From an uncultured Gammaproteobacteria bacterium (GTDB taxonomy: Bacteria > Patescibacteriota > Microgenomatia > Daviesbacterales > UBA10151): 59,997 nucleotides of DNA. The notes below the pieces were generated by a model. That model saw only the letters and a list, made by a program, of their open reading frames with translations. It made no database searches and was not told where the DNA came from. Of this stretch, positions 36,547-46,260 are shown in pieces; position 1 is the stretch's first letter; the number at the start of each line of letters is the position of its first letter. The position numbers were made by a program, and so were the translations under genes. The DNA is taken from contig CAYMIA010000007.1 of assembly GCA_964390595.1 (NCBI GenBank), positions 1 through 59,997 of the forward strand, given 5' to 3'.

Positions 36547-36682
36547 TTAAATATCACCGCCCTTTTTTTAAAAACTTCTCTTAAATTGAATTTATGCGTA
36601 GAAGACAAATCTTATAACCGCTTATTAAAATCTAACAGAGTAAATGAATTATACTCTATGAAGCCTATAAAAGCAAATCAGA

Positions 36683-37066
36683 TTATTTTTTTAAAGTAAA
36701 ATAGCCTAAGGTTAGTGAAAATCCGGTTAACTTAAGATTAATTTTTCCAAGGAAGTTGTCGGGGGAGGTTTCAACGACCTCATCAACTACTAGTCTGACC
36801 CAGAAGGGGTTTTGGGGGAGGTTGTAATCGATTCTGAGAACTATCATTCGGTCTTTTAATCCTTCAGCTTTATAAATCTTAAAGGGATATTTTTCTATTA
36901 GTTGATCGCCATTTTTAAAAATATTAACACCTGTACCAGATTTAGCATCAAACTTTTTCCCTTGCCAAGAGACTTTAATTCTTTCAACATGTCCTTTGTA
37001 GAAACCATTAGGTAGCTCTTTAGGAACTTTGCCGCTTGAAAATATTTTTTGGTTTGAAGAAGACAT
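36683..37066 (-). CDS. Hypothetical protein
   Basis: 127 aa with WQGKKFD..G.N and IDYN...NP motifs; TAAAAT lies 6 nt before the ATG. Confidence 0.65.
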   Translation of the reverse strand: MSSSNQKIFSSGKVPKELPNGFYKGHVERIKVSWQGKKFDAKSGTGVNIFKNGDQLIEKYPFKIYKAEGLKDRMIVLRIDYNLPQNPFWVRLVVDEVVETSPDNFLGKINLKLTGFSLTLGYFTLKK

Positions 37067-37125
37067 AGATTTATTTTAACATTAATCCTTGATTTCTTTA
37101 AGGTAAGTAGTGTAAAAATACCAAT

Positions 37126-37731
37126 ATGGCGAACGAGAAAGTTGGAGTATTTGGGTCAGCTGTGGGAGCAAGTGATGAAGTGATGGAAAAGGCCAGAGAG
37201 TTAGGGTTGGAATTGGCGCGAAGAGAAGTAATAATCATTACTGGAGCGTGTAGCGGTATTCCATATGAGGTGGCCAAAACTGCATTTGATGCTAACAAAA
37301 CTCCAGTTTGGGGATTTTCTCCAACTAGAAGTTGGCGGGAACAAAAAGAATTTACTCCAGATGATGATCTGCAAATGTATGAACATCCCGGAAGGTTGAT
37401 TTTTGTTCCCAGAGGTTATTTTCTAGCAAGTGATACGTCAGTTGCCCAAAAATACCGAAATGTAACTAGTACTGCAACTTGTGATGCAGGGATAATTGTC
37501 TCTGGAAGGATAGGAACTCTAAACGAAGCAACTAATTTATTTGATATGGGGAAGGTAATTGGAGTTTTAGAGGGAACTGGTGGGATTGCAGATTTTTTTT
37601 CTGAGATAGTTCAAGAGGCTGGTAAAAAGCCAAGAGGATTTATTATTTATGATAGTTCTCCCAGAGCCCTAGTAGAGCAAGTTTTAGAAGCTGTGGCGAT
37701 CCATAATGCTAAGGTAGAGATAGCGCTTTAA
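37126..37731 (+). CDS. LOG/SLOG-family protein (TIGR00725-like)
   Basis: VGVFGSA, ITGACSGIP, RN, SGRIGTLNE and GTGG motifs. Confidence 0.82.
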   Translation: MANEKVGVFGSAVGASDEVMEKARELGLELARREVIIITGACSGIPYEVAKTAFDANKTPVWGFSPTRSWREQKEFTPDDDLQMYEHPGRLIFVPRGYFLASDTSVAQKYRNVTSTATCDAGIIVSGRIGTLNEATNLFDMGKVIGVLEGTGGIADFFSEIVQEAGKKPRGFIIYDSSPRALVEQVLEAVAIHNAKVEIAL

Positions 37732-37738
37732 AAATTGA

Positions 37739-38455
37739 TCATTCAGAGATTTGGATGCGGATAAAGCCCTCGGCATATTTAGTGTCTAAGTGTGTGCCCA
37801 TTTGTTCAGCTTGGGACTTAACCCATTTGGTGACAAACTGCGAATCATCATGTTGAGACTGATGGCAAGCCAGGGCTTTTAACTTGGTATCAATTGACTC
37901 AGTTATATCGATATAAAAATTTTGTTTGGTGAAATTGATTAATAAAACTTCCTCAACTGAGTGAGGTTGGTGGCCATCTTTAAGCAAGTCTGGGTAAGTC
38001 CGGGAATTTCTGGCAAAAGGAAAAACTGAATCCAGAGTAATTTGGCCAGAGGCCCGGTGATCCGGATGGTTGATAGCGCCAATGTTTTCGTCATAAACTA
38101 GGGTTGGATCCCAGCAAATGACGATATTGGGTTTGATTTGTCTAATAATTTTGACCAAAGCCTTTCTGGTATCATGACTTACTTCTAACTCTCCATCGAT
38201 AAAGTCTAAGAAGAAGACTTGTTTGACTCCAAGCAGCTTGGCTGCTTTTCGTTGCTCGCTTTGCCTAGTTTTAGTTAGTTCCTCAGGGGAAAGATGAGCA
38301 TCCTCGGAACCTTTGCTACCATCAGTTAACACAACGTAGTAAGCAGTTGCGCCTTGTTTAGTCATCTCTAGGATTGTTCCAGCTGCGCAGAACTCTAAAT
38401 CATCAGGATGAGCAGCGACAGCTAAAATTATCTTGTTATTATATGAATTTTCCAT
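37739..38455 (-). CDS. PIG-L/LmbE-family deacetylase
   Basis: AHPDD, TDGSKG, R..E...A, NHPDH and HQSQ motifs. Confidence 0.9.
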   Translation of the reverse strand: MENSYNNKIILAVAAHPDDLEFCAAGTILEMTKQGATAYYVVLTDGSKGSEDAHLSPEELTKTRQSEQRKAAKLLGVKQVFFLDFIDGELEVSHDTRKALVKIIRQIKPNIVICWDPTLVYDENIGAINHPDHRASGQITLDSVFPFARNSRTYPDLLKDGHQPHSVEEVLLINFTKQNFYIDITESIDTKLKALACHQSQHDDSQFVTKWVKSQAEQMGTHLDTKYAEGFIRIQISE

Positions 38456-38487
38456 TTGGGTATTGTATGATAGAAATTAAAAGAATT

Positions 38488-38856
38488 TCAATGATGAGTT
38501 AAAGTTTGGACTTTTGCTAAAAGATTGTTCATGTCAAATGGTTTGGATAGATAATCATCGGCTTTGGTGTCAGTGACTACTTTTTCAATCTCTTTTTTGG
38601 AAAGTGCAGAGACGATAACGACTGGAATATGGTTAGTTGTTTTATCTTGTTTGATCAACTTAATAATCTCTGATCCTTCAATGCCGGGCATCCACAGATC
38701 TAAAAAGATTAAATCAGGTGAGAACTCTTTAACTTTTTTGATAAAAGCTTTACCGTTACTGAGCAGTTTTACCTCAATACCATCTTCTTCTAGAATGATT
38801 TTCATTACTTCTAGAATACCTTCATCATCGTCACAGATTAAAACTTTTTTAGCCAT
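38488..38856 (-). CDS. Single-domain response regulator (receiver)
   Basis: ICDDD, FLDLWMP (phospho-Asp), VSA and SKPF. Confidence 0.92.
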   Translation of the reverse strand: MAKKVLICDDDEGILEVMKIILEEDGIEVKLLSNGKAFIKKVKEFSPDLIFLDLWMPGIEGSEIIKLIKQDKTTNHIPVVIVSALSKKEIEKVVTDTKADDYLSKPFDMNNLLAKVQTLTHH

Positions 38857-38861
38857 AGCTT

Positions 38862-40469
38862 TTAACTTCGTGGTAGATGGAAAAAGAAAGTTGAACCCTT
38901 TCCCTTTTCACTTTCTACATTAATAGTACCATGGTGTCTTTTAATAATTTCCGAGGAGATGTAAAGTCCCAAACCTAGCCCAGAAAAACTTTGCCTGATT
39001 TTGTTATCAGCTTGAAAAAACCTTTCAAAGACTTGCGGAATATTTTTCTTGGAAATACCGATGCCAAAATCTTGGATCCTGACCGTAACGTTTTTTTTGG
39101 TTTTTTTAACATTGACATAGATTTTTTGGGAATTTGGGGAGTACTTGATGGCGTTGGATAATAAATTGATCAAGACTTGGCTTAAGCGGTACTTGTCAGC
39201 GTTGATAGAGATATTCTTAGAGTTAGTTAAAAATATTTCATGGTTATCAGCGATATTTTGCATATCATCAACGACATCTTTAATTAGCTCATCTAGTAGA
39301 AAATTTTCCTTATTTAGTTCAAGTTTACCGGCTTGGATTTTAGAGACATCAAGTAGGTCATTGATTAAGATGGTTAACCGATCGATTTGACCGTTCATTT
39401 TACTTAAGTAATAACCGGCTTTTTCGTTATTGTTTAAATATTGCTGAAGGATTTGGGTAAAGCTTTTAAGGGTGGTAACTGGGGTTTTTAGTTCATGGGA
39501 GGCGATGCTAATTAATTCATCTTTTCTTCTTTCGAGCTCCATCCGTTCACTGATATCCATTGTCACTCCTCTTGTTCCAATTGGCTTGCCTTGTTTATCT
39601 TTGATAACTGAGGATTGGGATTCAACCCAAAAAATTTTGCCGGATTTAGAGACCCAACGGAACCGGCTGGTGCCTTTGCCGCCACTTTTGAAGATAGCTG
39701 CTGATTCTTCAGCAGCTTTTTGTTTGTCTTCCCCATAAACACACTTAAGCCAAAAATTTGGGGTAGAAAGCCACTCGTCAACTGAGTAACCAAGCATGGT
39801 TTCAACGTATTGAGAAACAAAATTAATTCTTTGAGCGTTGGAGCCGGAGGTTCCGGAAGCTTCCCAAACAACTCCAGGAACGTTAGCTAGGAGATTGTTT
39901 AATCTTTCTCTTTCATTTTCCATTGTTGAATAAAGAAGTGAATTTTCAATTGCTAAAGAGGCTCTGGATGCGAGTTGCTCGGCCATGTAGAGATCAGATG
40001 AGGTGAAGTTTTTTTTTGATTCAGCTGAGATCAAAGTTATTGCTCCAATAACTTTGTCCCGGGTTTTAAGTGGAGCAATAATGATTGAGGTTAGGTTAAG
40101 TTGTTTCACTATTTCGAGGGCCGCTTTGGTTTTAATTGTTGCTTGGATCATGTCTTGGGTGATGAGGGGGAAAAATGCTGATTTACCAGTTCGCATAACT
40201 TTGGCTGTACCAGTTGAAGGGTCAGATTTTAAGATATTGAGTTTAATAATCTTTTTTGCCCAGGAAACTTTTTTGGGATTTTTGTGGGCGACCGCTACCC
40301 GGTCGATCTCACCGCTGTTTTTTACTAGATCTATTTCACACCAATCAGCAATTCTAGAGACAGCTAAATTGGCAACGCTGTTTAATGTGGTTTGATAATT
40401 AAGAGAGGAGGAGAGAATTTCACTGGCTTCAGATATAAATTTAAAATTTTCTTCAGTTGACTGATCCAT
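38862..40469 (-). CDS. Cytoplasmic GAF-PAS sensor histidine kinase
   Basis: GAF (ADWC...LASRASLAIEN), PAS/PAC (DISER), ASHELKTP, NLLSNAIKY, DFGIG and GLGLGL. Confidence 0.93.
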   Translation of the reverse strand: MDQSTEENFKFISEASEILSSSLNYQTTLNSVANLAVSRIADWCEIDLVKNSGEIDRVAVAHKNPKKVSWAKKIIKLNILKSDPSTGTAKVMRTGKSAFFPLITQDMIQATIKTKAALEIVKQLNLTSIIIAPLKTRDKVIGAITLISAESKKNFTSSDLYMAEQLASRASLAIENSLLYSTMENERERLNNLLANVPGVVWEASGTSGSNAQRINFVSQYVETMLGYSVDEWLSTPNFWLKCVYGEDKQKAAEESAAIFKSGGKGTSRFRWVSKSGKIFWVESQSSVIKDKQGKPIGTRGVTMDISERMELERRKDELISIASHELKTPVTTLKSFTQILQQYLNNNEKAGYYLSKMNGQIDRLTILINDLLDVSKIQAGKLELNKENFLLDELIKDVVDDMQNIADNHEIFLTNSKNISINADKYRLSQVLINLLSNAIKYSPNSQKIYVNVKKTKKNVTVRIQDFGIGISKKNIPQVFERFFQADNKIRQSFSGLGLGLYISSEIIKRHHGTINVESEKGKGSTFFFHLPRS

Positions 40470-40533
40470 GACCTCAATTATACTTTTTTAGTTTGAAAAA
40501 GCAATTTAAATTTTTGCTTAAATCTGGTAAAAT

Positions 40534-41235
40534 ATGGGCATGCAAAGTAAGGGTAGAAAGATTCATGCTAAAGCAGCTGAGGCCAGAGAAGCTGGAGAAA
40601 GTTTGAAAGCTTTACAGCTGGAAGATGAGGCTCTCCTAGCTTATCAAGAAGACAATGATGATTTGGGTTTTGCTGAGCTGCAAGCAGAAAGACGTTTGGT
40701 ACTAAATCATTTAAATGAGAAATCTGATTACGCTGGTTTTTTAATCTTGGCAAAATATAGTGCACTGGCATCAGTAGAGTTAGCTGAAGCTTCTGGTGAT
40801 AAAAATGCTTTGGCAATTCCATACTTTAACTTAGCCAAGTCTTATGAGGTTTTGGGCCAACTTGATAAAGCAGTTGAGTTTTATAAAATGGCAGTGGAAA
40901 ATCAAGAGCAAAATTCTGCTTCAATGCATGATAGACCAGCAGTTTTATTAGATATGAAGATTCATTTAGTGGCAGCTGAGTACAAAGCTGGGGAAAAATC
41001 CAAGTTGGAGGAAGCTGAACAGCTAATTAATGAATTAGATGGGACTGAAGAGGAGGGGTATAATAAACTGGTATGGTTATCTGGAGCTCATATGAGAATG
41101 GCAGAGATGTTAAAAGAAGATAATTTAGAAAAAGCTAAAGATCATCTCCAAAAAGCTAAAGATATAATTGATTCTGATGCGCGGTTAAAAATTCGTGCTT
41201 CCCAGTGGGAAAAACTCGCAAAAAACTTTGCCTAA
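40534..41235 (+). CDS. TPR-like all-helical protein
   Basis: YFNLAKSYEVLGQLDKAVEFY TPR pattern. The true start may be ATG 40540, 6 nt after TAAAAT. Confidence 0.7.
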   Translation: MGMQSKGRKIHAKAAEAREAGESLKALQLEDEALLAYQEDNDDLGFAELQAERRLVLNHLNEKSDYAGFLILAKYSALASVELAEASGDKNALAIPYFNLAKSYEVLGQLDKAVEFYKMAVENQEQNSASMHDRPAVLLDMKIHLVAAEYKAGEKSKLEEAEQLINELDGTEEEGYNKLVWLSGAHMRMAEMLKEDNLEKAKDHLQKAKDIIDSDARLKIRASQWEKLAKNFA

Positions 41236-41278
41236 CTCAATCCTTCCATTTTAGCTTCAAAATAGATATAATTTTTGC

Positions 41279-42733
41279 ATGGCATTAGATCAAATAAAAC
41301 AAGAGCGGTTAAAAAAGTTAGCCAATATCAAGGAAGCGGGGGTTAATCCTTATCCTGCTAAGTCAAATAGAGAACACTTAATTGCTGATGCTTTGGGTAA
41401 AATGGGAGAGAAGGTCACTGTGGTGGGGAGACTTAGATCTCTTAGGTCTCATGGAAAGATCGCCTTTGCTGATTTAGAGGATGAATCCGGAAAAATTCAA
41501 TTGCTTTTTTCTCAAGAAAATTTAAACGGCGAGAAATATGATTTTTTAAATAATTTGGACATTGGAGATTTTATTCAAGTAACTGGTGAAGTTATCAAAA
41601 CCCAGGCTGGTCAAATTACTGTTTCTGTAAGTGAATATACTCTTCTAACCAAGTCTTTATTACCTTTGCCATCAGAGTGGTACGGGTTAAAAGATGTTGA
41701 GGAAAGGCAGAGAAGAAGATATTTGGATTTATTGATGAATCCAAAACAGAAAAAAACACTCGAGTTACGATCGCAAATCATTTATAACCTGAGAAAATTT
41801 TTAGTTGAAGAGAAAGGATACTTGGAGATAGAACATCCAATTTTGCAGCCCCTCTATGGTGGAACTAGAGCGCGTCCTTTTAAAACTCATCATAATACTC
41901 TAGATATGGATTTATACCTTCGAATTTCTAACGAACTTTATATGAAAAGATTGATCGTTGGAGGTTTCGAGAAAGTGTTTGAGATCGGGCATACCTTTAG
42001 AAATGAGGGAATGGATCGAAATCATAATCCAGAGTTTACTATGTTTGAAACAATGGAGGCATATGCTGACTATGTTGATAATATGGATTTGATCGAGGAG
42101 ATGTTTGAGTATGTAGTGCTGAAAGTTTTTGGAAAAACTAAGATTGATTATCAGGATGTACAGCTAGAGTTTAAGAGACCTTGGAGGAGAGTCAAATTAG
42201 CCGATTTATTTAAAGAGTTCACCGAGGTAGAATTTCATGAAATTGACACACTAGAAAAAGCGGTTGATTTAGCTAAAAAAGTGGGGGTGTCAATTCAAGA
42301 TTACATGACTGAAGGAGAGATTTTGTTAGAAATATTTGAGAAAAAATGTACAACTGAGTTGATTCAGCCGACTTTTGTTTATGATTATCCAGCCGATTTT
42401 TATCCTTTGGCCAAAAGAAAAGAAGACAATCCAAAACTAGTAGAAAGCTTTGATATTTATGTGGCGGGGATGGAGATGGGGACAAATTATACTGAGCAAA
42501 ATGATCCGCAAGTTTTAAGAGAGGCTTGGATGAAAGAAAAAAGTAAAGAAGCAGAGGGGAATCCAGAGACTCAACAGCTAGATGAAGATTTTCTTGAGGC
42601 GTTGGAGTATGGTATGCCACCAACCTCTGGAATTGGTCCGGGGATTGACCGGTGGATTATGGTGCTGACTGACTCCCAGAATATTTCAGATGTAATTGCC
42701 TTTCCGACACTAAAACCAGAAGGGAAAAAATAA
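41279..42733 (+). CDS. lysS: Lysine--tRNA ligase (class II)
   Basis: OB-fold anticodon domain, RRRYLDL, ARPFKTHHN, FRNEGMDRNHNPEFT and YGMPPTSGIGPGIDR. Confidence 0.97.
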   Translation: MALDQIKQERLKKLANIKEAGVNPYPAKSNREHLIADALGKMGEKVTVVGRLRSLRSHGKIAFADLEDESGKIQLLFSQENLNGEKYDFLNNLDIGDFIQVTGEVIKTQAGQITVSVSEYTLLTKSLLPLPSEWYGLKDVEERQRRRYLDLLMNPKQKKTLELRSQIIYNLRKFLVEEKGYLEIEHPILQPLYGGTRARPFKTHHNTLDMDLYLRISNELYMKRLIVGGFEKVFEIGHTFRNEGMDRNHNPEFTMFETMEAYADYVDNMDLIEEMFEYVVLKVFGKTKIDYQDVQLEFKRPWRRVKLADLFKEFTEVEFHEIDTLEKAVDLAKKVGVSIQDYMTEGEILLEIFEKKCTTELIQPTFVYDYPADFYPLAKRKEDNPKLVESFDIYVAGMEMGTNYTEQNDPQVLREAWMKEKSKEAEGNPETQQLDEDFLEALEYGMPPTSGIGPGIDRWIMVLTDSQNISDVIAFPTLKPEGKK

Positions 42734-42734
42734 A

Positions 42735-43166
42735 ATGGATTTGCCTGATGAAACTAAAAAAAGATTTATTGCGATTTTGAATAAGAAAATCGAAAATGGG
42801 AAACTAATGAATGCGCTGGGTCATATGGCTGCGGGTTTAGGCGGAGGTTTGAATAAAAACAATGAGATGTGTTTTTTGGAGTACCAGGATGGGGATGGTG
42901 GGGATCATCATAGTATTTCTCATTATCCATTTATTGTTTTAAGAGCTGATAACTCTAACCAGATTAGAACTGTAAGAAATGAGGCACTTGTAAGGAAGGT
43001 TGTTTTTAATGATTTTACCAGTACTATGACGGTTGGAACTTCAAGAGATCAGCTAGACCGTACTGTTGATACTCCAGAATCTGAGCTAGAATATTATGGA
43101 ATATGTTTATTTGGAGAAACAGCTGAGTTGAAAGAGTTTACAGGGAAGTTTAGTTTATTTATTTAA
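42735..43166 (+). CDS. DUF2000-family protein (Pth2-like fold)
   Basis: NALGHM, YQDGDG..H, DFT.TM and LEYYGICLFG...TGKFSL pattern. Confidence 0.75.
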   Translation: MDLPDETKKRFIAILNKKIENGKLMNALGHMAAGLGGGLNKNNEMCFLEYQDGDGGDHHSISHYPFIVLRADNSNQIRTVRNEALVRKVVFNDFTSTMTVGTSRDQLDRTVDTPESELEYYGICLFGETAELKEFTGKFSLFI

Positions 43167-43167
43167 T

Positions 43168-43740
43168 ATGACTAGAGAGCAAGCCTATGATCTAATGTGT
43201 GAAATGATTCAGAATAAGAATCTGAGGAAACATGGATTGGCGGTGGAGGCGATTATGAGAGCACTTTATAATAAACTAGGTGCTGGAAATTCAGAGTTGG
43301 GGGATGAAGAAGAGTGGGCAATTGTGGGACTGTTGCATGATGCAGATTATGAGTTGATTGAAAAAGATCCGGAGAGGCATACTTTGGTCACTGAAGAAAA
43401 GTTGAGACCTTTTGGGGTTTCAGAGCGAATTATTAATGGGATTAAAGCTCATCATGATGGGATTAAACCAACTAGGGATAATTTACTAGAGTCAGCAGTT
43501 TATTGTGCAGATGAACTGTCGGGATTGATAACAGCTGTGGCTTTGGTCAGACCTGATAAAAAATTAGAATCAGTTGATGTTGATTCAGTGATGAAAAAAT
43601 TTAAGCAAGCCAATTTTGCTGCTGGGGCTAAAAGAGAACAAATTGAAGCTTGTGAGAAAGAGTTGGGAATTCCCTTGAGAGAGTTTGTTGATATTGCTCT
43701 GAAAGCGATGCAAGAAATTCATGAGGAGTTAGGACTTTAA
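43168..43740 (+). CDS. HD-domain (HDIG-type) phosphohydrolase
   Basis: KH.LAVEA.M, GLLHDADYE, AH, ADELSGLI and FAAGAKRE. Confidence 0.88.
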   Translation: MTREQAYDLMCEMIQNKNLRKHGLAVEAIMRALYNKLGAGNSELGDEEEWAIVGLLHDADYELIEKDPERHTLVTEEKLRPFGVSERIINGIKAHHDGIKPTRDNLLESAVYCADELSGLITAVALVRPDKKLESVDVDSVMKKFKQANFAAGAKREQIEACEKELGIPLREFVDIALKAMQEIHEELGL

Positions 43741-43741
43741 T

Positions 43742-45016
43742 ATGTTGGATGTTAATTTTATTAGAGATAACGCAGATAGAATAAAGACTGCAATTAAACA
43801 AAAGAAAATTGATCTGGATCTAGATCAGTTGTTATCTGTTGATGAAAAAAGGAGAAATGTTTTAACTCAGGTTGAGGATTTGAGAGCCCAGCGGAACGAT
43901 GCTGCTAAAAACAGAGATGTCGAAAAAGGTAAAGAGATAAAAGGCCAACTTGAAAAATTAGAAGCCGATTTAAAAACAGTTGATTCAGATTTTGAGGAGA
44001 TGATGGTGAAAGTTCCAAACGTCCCTTCTGAGGATACTCCAGTTGGTGAATCTGAAGATGACAATTTGGAAATCTTTAAGTGGGGGGAGATTCCGGAGTT
44101 TGATTTTGAGGTTAAAGACCATATTCAACTTGGTAAAGAGCTGGATATCTTAGATTTAGAGAGAGGGGCAAAGGTTGGTGGTTACCGGGGTTATTACTTA
44201 AAAAATGAAGGCGCGATGCTTGTTATGGCGATTATGATTTTTGCGTTGCAAAAGATGATGAATAAGGGTTATAAGCCGATGATTCCCCCAACTTTGGTTA
44301 AAGAGTTTGCTCTTTTTGGAAGTGGATATTTTAAAGGGGTTCATTATAATCCAGAAACTGATGAGATCTATCAGGTGGCAACTTCAGATGACGATAGTGG
44401 TCAAAAAAAGTTTTTAGTGGGAACGGCTGAGCCATCACTTTTGGCCTATTTTTCAGATGAAACTTTAAAAGAAGAAGATCTACCAATGAAGTTGTCCGGA
44501 TTTAGCCAGTGTTACCGAAGTGAGATTGGTAGCTATGGCAAGGATACAAAAGGGATGTATCGGGTCCATGAGTTTTTTAAAGTTGAACAGGTAGTTTTGG
44601 CTCCAAACAATGTTGATTTGACAGAGCAGTTGCAACAAGAGATGGTTGGAATCTCTAAGGAGATGCATGAGGAGTTAGGTCTACCTTATAGACAGATTCA
44701 GATTTGTACAGGAGATTTAAGTGCTGGAAAATATAAGCAATATGATTTGGAGGCTTGGTTACCCGGACTGAAAAGGTGGGGAGAAACAGGTTCAGCGAGT
44801 AACTTTTTGCAATGGCAATCAAGAAGGTTGAATGTCAAATATGCAACCAAAGATGGTAAAAAAGACTATGTGATAATGCTGAACAATACTGCCTTGCCAA
44901 GCCCAAGAATTTTTATTGCTTTAATTGAAAACTTTCAGCAAAAAGATGGTTCGGTAAAAATACCAAGTGTACTAGTTCCCTTTACTGGATTTTCAGAGAT
45001 TAAACCCAAAAAATAA
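43742..45016 (+). CDS. serS: Serine--tRNA ligase
   Basis: MLDVNFIR, coiled arm, GTAE, CYRSEIGS, RVHEFFKVEQ, YDLEAW and LNNT. Confidence 0.97.
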   Translation: MLDVNFIRDNADRIKTAIKQKKIDLDLDQLLSVDEKRRNVLTQVEDLRAQRNDAAKNRDVEKGKEIKGQLEKLEADLKTVDSDFEEMMVKVPNVPSEDTPVGESEDDNLEIFKWGEIPEFDFEVKDHIQLGKELDILDLERGAKVGGYRGYYLKNEGAMLVMAIMIFALQKMMNKGYKPMIPPTLVKEFALFGSGYFKGVHYNPETDEIYQVATSDDDSGQKKFLVGTAEPSLLAYFSDETLKEEDLPMKLSGFSQCYRSEIGSYGKDTKGMYRVHEFFKVEQVVLAPNNVDLTEQLQQEMVGISKEMHEELGLPYRQIQICTGDLSAGKYKQYDLEAWLPGLKRWGETGSASNFLQWQSRRLNVKYATKDGKKDYVIMLNNTALPSPRIFIALIENFQQKDGSVKIPSVLVPFTGFSEIKPKK

Positions 45017-45018
45017 TT

Positions 45019-46170
45019 TTAAGGAGTTGGTGATGCGCCAGAGCGTTGGCGGAGTAGATCAGCTGCTGATTGAGGAGCTCTAGAGGCTGAAGCTGTAGCA
45101 TTTGGAATTGTTCCTAGGGTGCCTGAATTGGTGGCTGGAGACTCAGGTGGAACAAAGACAGGTGCTGATGTGGGTGTCGAAACTTGAGGTGGGTTGGTTA
45201 AGGGAAGCTGACTTTGTTCAGCTGGTAGCGAAGTTGGTGGTTGCTCAGTAGGTTTGCCAACTCCCAATATAAAATAAGCTGAGGCAGCAGCGACAACTAA
45301 AAGCAATAATACTCCCCCGATGATAATTAATACTTTGGGTAATTTTCCGACTGGATGTTTGGTTGGTTCAGCTGATGAGTCATTGGTTTGAGGGGTGACA
45401 ACCAAATTTTCAGGGCCAGCGACTGTTGGGGAGTAGATACTAGTTGGAGATGGTTGGTCAGGACCGCCAGATAAGTGTGACAGATCAGTGGGTGCAGGTT
45501 CTGCTGTTGGGATTGGGCTGACTGGTGTTGGGTTAAGGGGGTTGATAACTGGTGTAGAGGTACCAGTTAACCCTGGGATGGCTGAGAGCGGATCAAGAGG
45601 TGATGCAGGGGTTGGTATAGCAGCTGGGTTAGCTGTTGCAAAGGGATTAGGCGCTTCTGGGGTGGTTGGAAGTGATGAGGAGGGAGGAATTCCGGGTTGG
45701 GGAGATGGAGCAGTAGGTTGAGTGAAAGGATTAGGTGCTTGATTTGGATCTGGGGTAGCTTTTGTAGGAGGAGTTTGCCAGCCCACAGAGCCAGCATCAG
45801 TTGTACCCCAAGGATTGGGAGCGGGACTGGCTGGTTGTTCAGGCGTCGTTGGAGGAGTTGGGCTTGGTGTTGGCGGTTCATTTGGTGCCCAACCTGGTGT
45901 AGGAGGGGTGTTGACCGTTCCATCCAGAGGTGCTGAAGTAGAAGGAATGCTGGTTAAAGGATCAGAGCCTGGGGTTGATGGGGGGGCTATTGGATCTGCG
46001 GGTGAGGTTGGCAAGTTAGAGTTGGTGGTAGGAAGATCAAAAGAAGTTGGAGAGGCTGGTTGAGCTGTTGTTGCATCCGTTCCCTGGGGTGACCAGGGGG
46101 AAGGTCCAGTTGGAATACTCCCAGAAGGAAGATTATTGTTATCTGGTTGATTTGGATTATCTGAATTCAT
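45019..46170 (-). CDS. Pro/Thr/Ser-rich intrinsically disordered single-pass membrane protein
   Basis: About 280 aa low-complexity N-terminus, one TM (VLIIIGGVLLLLVVAAASAYFILG) and a P-rich C-tail. Confidence 0.75.
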   Translation of the reverse strand: MNSDNPNQPDNNNLPSGSIPTGPSPWSPQGTDATTAQPASPTSFDLPTTNSNLPTSPADPIAPPSTPGSDPLTSIPSTSAPLDGTVNTPPTPGWAPNEPPTPSPTPPTTPEQPASPAPNPWGTTDAGSVGWQTPPTKATPDPNQAPNPFTQPTAPSPQPGIPPSSSLPTTPEAPNPFATANPAAIPTPASPLDPLSAIPGLTGTSTPVINPLNPTPVSPIPTAEPAPTDLSHLSGGPDQPSPTSIYSPTVAGPENLVVTPQTNDSSAEPTKHPVGKLPKVLIIIGGVLLLLVVAAASAYFILGVGKPTEQPPTSLPAEQSQLPLTNPPQVSTPTSAPVFVPPESPATNSGTLGTIPNATASASRAPQSAADLLRQRSGASPTP

Positions 46171-46260
46171 GGGCAGTTGTTCTTTAATAGTGTATCGAAT
46201 TTATATATTGTGGGTCAAGTATGGTGTTTTTTAAGGCTCTTTCATATATAATATGTAGTT

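Noticed and set aside
40498-40519. Inverted repeat AAGCAA...TTGCTT between the kinase and TPR genes
   Set aside because: At least one arm is a plausible -35 element in an AT-rich divergent promoter region; there is no independent evidence for an operator.
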